Shown here: one piece after another, positions 34,170 to 36,074 of the stretch
Numbering within the stretch: the stretch's first letter is position 1
Layout of the letters: each line of letters begins with the position of its first letter
Assembly: GCA_054600435.1 (NCBI GenBank)
Contig: BAAIJX010000106.1
Coordinates: 1-36,074 of the forward strand
Length of the DNA stretch: 36,074 nt
Reading direction: 5' to 3'
From: Neophaeotheca triangularis
Lineage: Eukaryota
Made by a program: the position numbers and the translations under genes
The notes under the pieces: generated by a model
What the model was told of the DNA's origin: nothing
The model's input: the letters and a program-made list of their open reading frames with translations, nothing else
The model's database searches: none

Positions 34170-35620
34170 ATAATCATTGCCATCACACACTACACGAACT
34201 AGAGAAGAAACCCCAGACCGGCCACGGCCACTATAATCTCCTACCGCCGAGCCACCCCCCATCCCCTAAGCGCAATCCCTCCACTAGTATAGCCCAAGCC
34301 AAGTTCCTTAAAATCCCTAGCAGTCTCGCTACCTACTAGCAAAACCGACCCAGCAACCGCTGTCGTCGTCGCAATGCTAGCGAGTCGAGCAAATAAGAGT
34401 TTAAGCGTCTATACTTGCCAGGCGGGAGGGCGATAGCGGCGCGTATCTATTACGTTAGCTAGATTTCTCGAGGAACTAGTCGTTGGATACATTTCTTTTC
34501 TTTTTGCCTAGGGGACTCGCCGAGGGTTTAGGCGGGTAGTGGATGTATGTTGTTATTGTTTTTGTTATCGCTAGGTCTTACGTAGGTAGGTATGTTATAG
34601 TTACGGATAGTGTTACGTGATGTTCCGAAGTAGGTAGAGGTTCCGAGGCGTATAGTTTGTCTTTTTTCGAGTCTAAGGAGGAGGAAGAGGAGGAGGGGGA
34701 AGTCGATATCTAGGCTTAGTTTTAGATGAGGAGCGAGCAGTCTAGTAGTTACGAGGAGAGGTCCGTGTCTTCGGGTACGCTTATGTAGAGGCCTAGGGAG
34801 GGGAATAACATGAGGTCTAGTTTTTATAGGTATATACTCCATTCTTCGCCGTTTTATTAAGAATAGGGTGTACTAGATACTAATTCCCGAGTCTAGGAGA
34901 ACAATAGCTCGCGAGGCAATACACCGACTCTATAGACGATTATCTCCTAAGTCTCACGGAGCGTAAAGCGTTAGTCTTTCATTATAGGGAAGAGCGCTAC
35001 GTGTCAAAATCTCTATTTCAGGGGTCAGACCTTCGTTACTTTAGGCGGTACTAACTAAGTACTACGAAGGTAGATACTAGGGGTAGTAGTGAAGGTGCCT
35101 CTTCGATGTATTAACTAAGGGGGTAGAGATTTGTAAAGAGTAAACAACGAGCGCTTTATACTAACTTACGTATAACTCGAGGGGTAAGGAGATCACGGGA
35201 TACTATAGGTTAAATGAGCTATTTACTCACCATCCCTACACTCTCTTATAATGACGTTAAATCACTCCTAACTCTCTATTACAACGACGTCAAGATCAAG
35301 TAAAAGTAGTAGGTAGGTAGGCGGGCGACACGATATAACGACGTTTAGATCAAACATTTATAAGGTAGTACCTACCTACCTACCTACCTAGGGCCAACAC
35401 ATCTAACATCAACCCTCCTCCTTTTTCTACGACGGCTACCCAACCTAGCGCGGCACAGACGTAAAGAAGCAAGAGAGGTAGAAGCTAATAGGTACGCTTC
35501 CGAGACAGCGTTCAAGTACTAAGTACCCTATACCTCTCTTGGGTAGAGGTTGTGAAAGACGCTTATATATTAGTAGAAAACGATCGACAGCTTGCTAGGT
35601 ACCGTCTTGAATTGTTGTAG
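34170..35620. other. TpA-rich, CpA/TpG-poor degenerate tract (RIP-like), including short (TAGG)n/(CCTA)n runs
   Basis: Dense cta/tag/tat motifs and frequent stops. (TAGG)n near 35306-35321 and (CCTA)n near 35369-35390. No identifiable protein. Confidence 0.6.
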
Positions 35621-36021
35621 CTAGCTGTTCTTCGTCAGCCAAGGTGAGAGAGAATTTCAGAATCGGTCTGGGGATCATCTACCACTCTACTCTGTAGGGA
35701 TGGGTATATGTCGACTTCGTGACAAGGGAAGCGGGAGTGGAGGGAAGATCGTGTGATCCGAAACCATTGATCCAGTATCTTAGGCGTACAGAACTATCCG
35801 ATAGCACAAGGTCGAACTAACGTGAATAATTTGTTCGTTTTCCGAAAGTCTAAGATCTATCATTGGGAAATTTCTATCCTTGTATCCGCTTTGCTCCCTC
35901 AAAAGTAACCCAATGGCAGCTCCCCGAGCGGCATGTATAGAGCAAGCAGCAGTTCGCATCACCATATATATCCAATGGCACGTATAGTAGCCTGGCGTCC
36001 GCGCGGAAAATCAGAAGGTGA

Positions 36022-36027
<6 letters not shown>

Positions 36028-36071
<44 letters not shown>
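36028..36071. repeat. Poly-G run (44 nt) at window end
   Basis: Directly visible homopolymer; may be a sequencing or assembly artefact. Confidence 0.9.
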
Positions 36072-36072
<1 letters not shown>

Positions 36073-36074
36073 GA

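Overview
This is the left end of a filamentous ascomycete chromosome, probably a Dothideomycete (inferred from gene content and intron style). It opens with a (CCCTAA)n telomere and about 3.7 copies of a ~160-bp TpA-rich satellite that looks RIP-mutated. A ~10-kb subtelomeric zone follows. It holds a secreted GMC oxidoreductase that is intact except for one in-frame TAG, a putative MITE, an intact two-repeat unknown protein, and relics of HET-domain and dihydropyrimidinase genes. A gene-dense core region comes next: an aquaglyceroporin bracketed by a ~128-bp direct repeat, BYE1, a ZNF830/CCDC16-like zinc finger, a flavoprotein hydroxylase closely resembling bacterial MobA (candidate horizontal transfer with an intron), a DUF985 cupin, a 47-aa membrane microprotein, an Ady2/GPR1-family transporter, a small Gly-rich repeat protein, a conserved hypothetical protein and a secreted aspartic protease. 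The window ends in a second RIP-like degenerate tract and a 44-nt G run. Exon boundaries were derived by hand from GT/AG and branch-point signals. Family calls rest on motif recognition and recall, not database searches.
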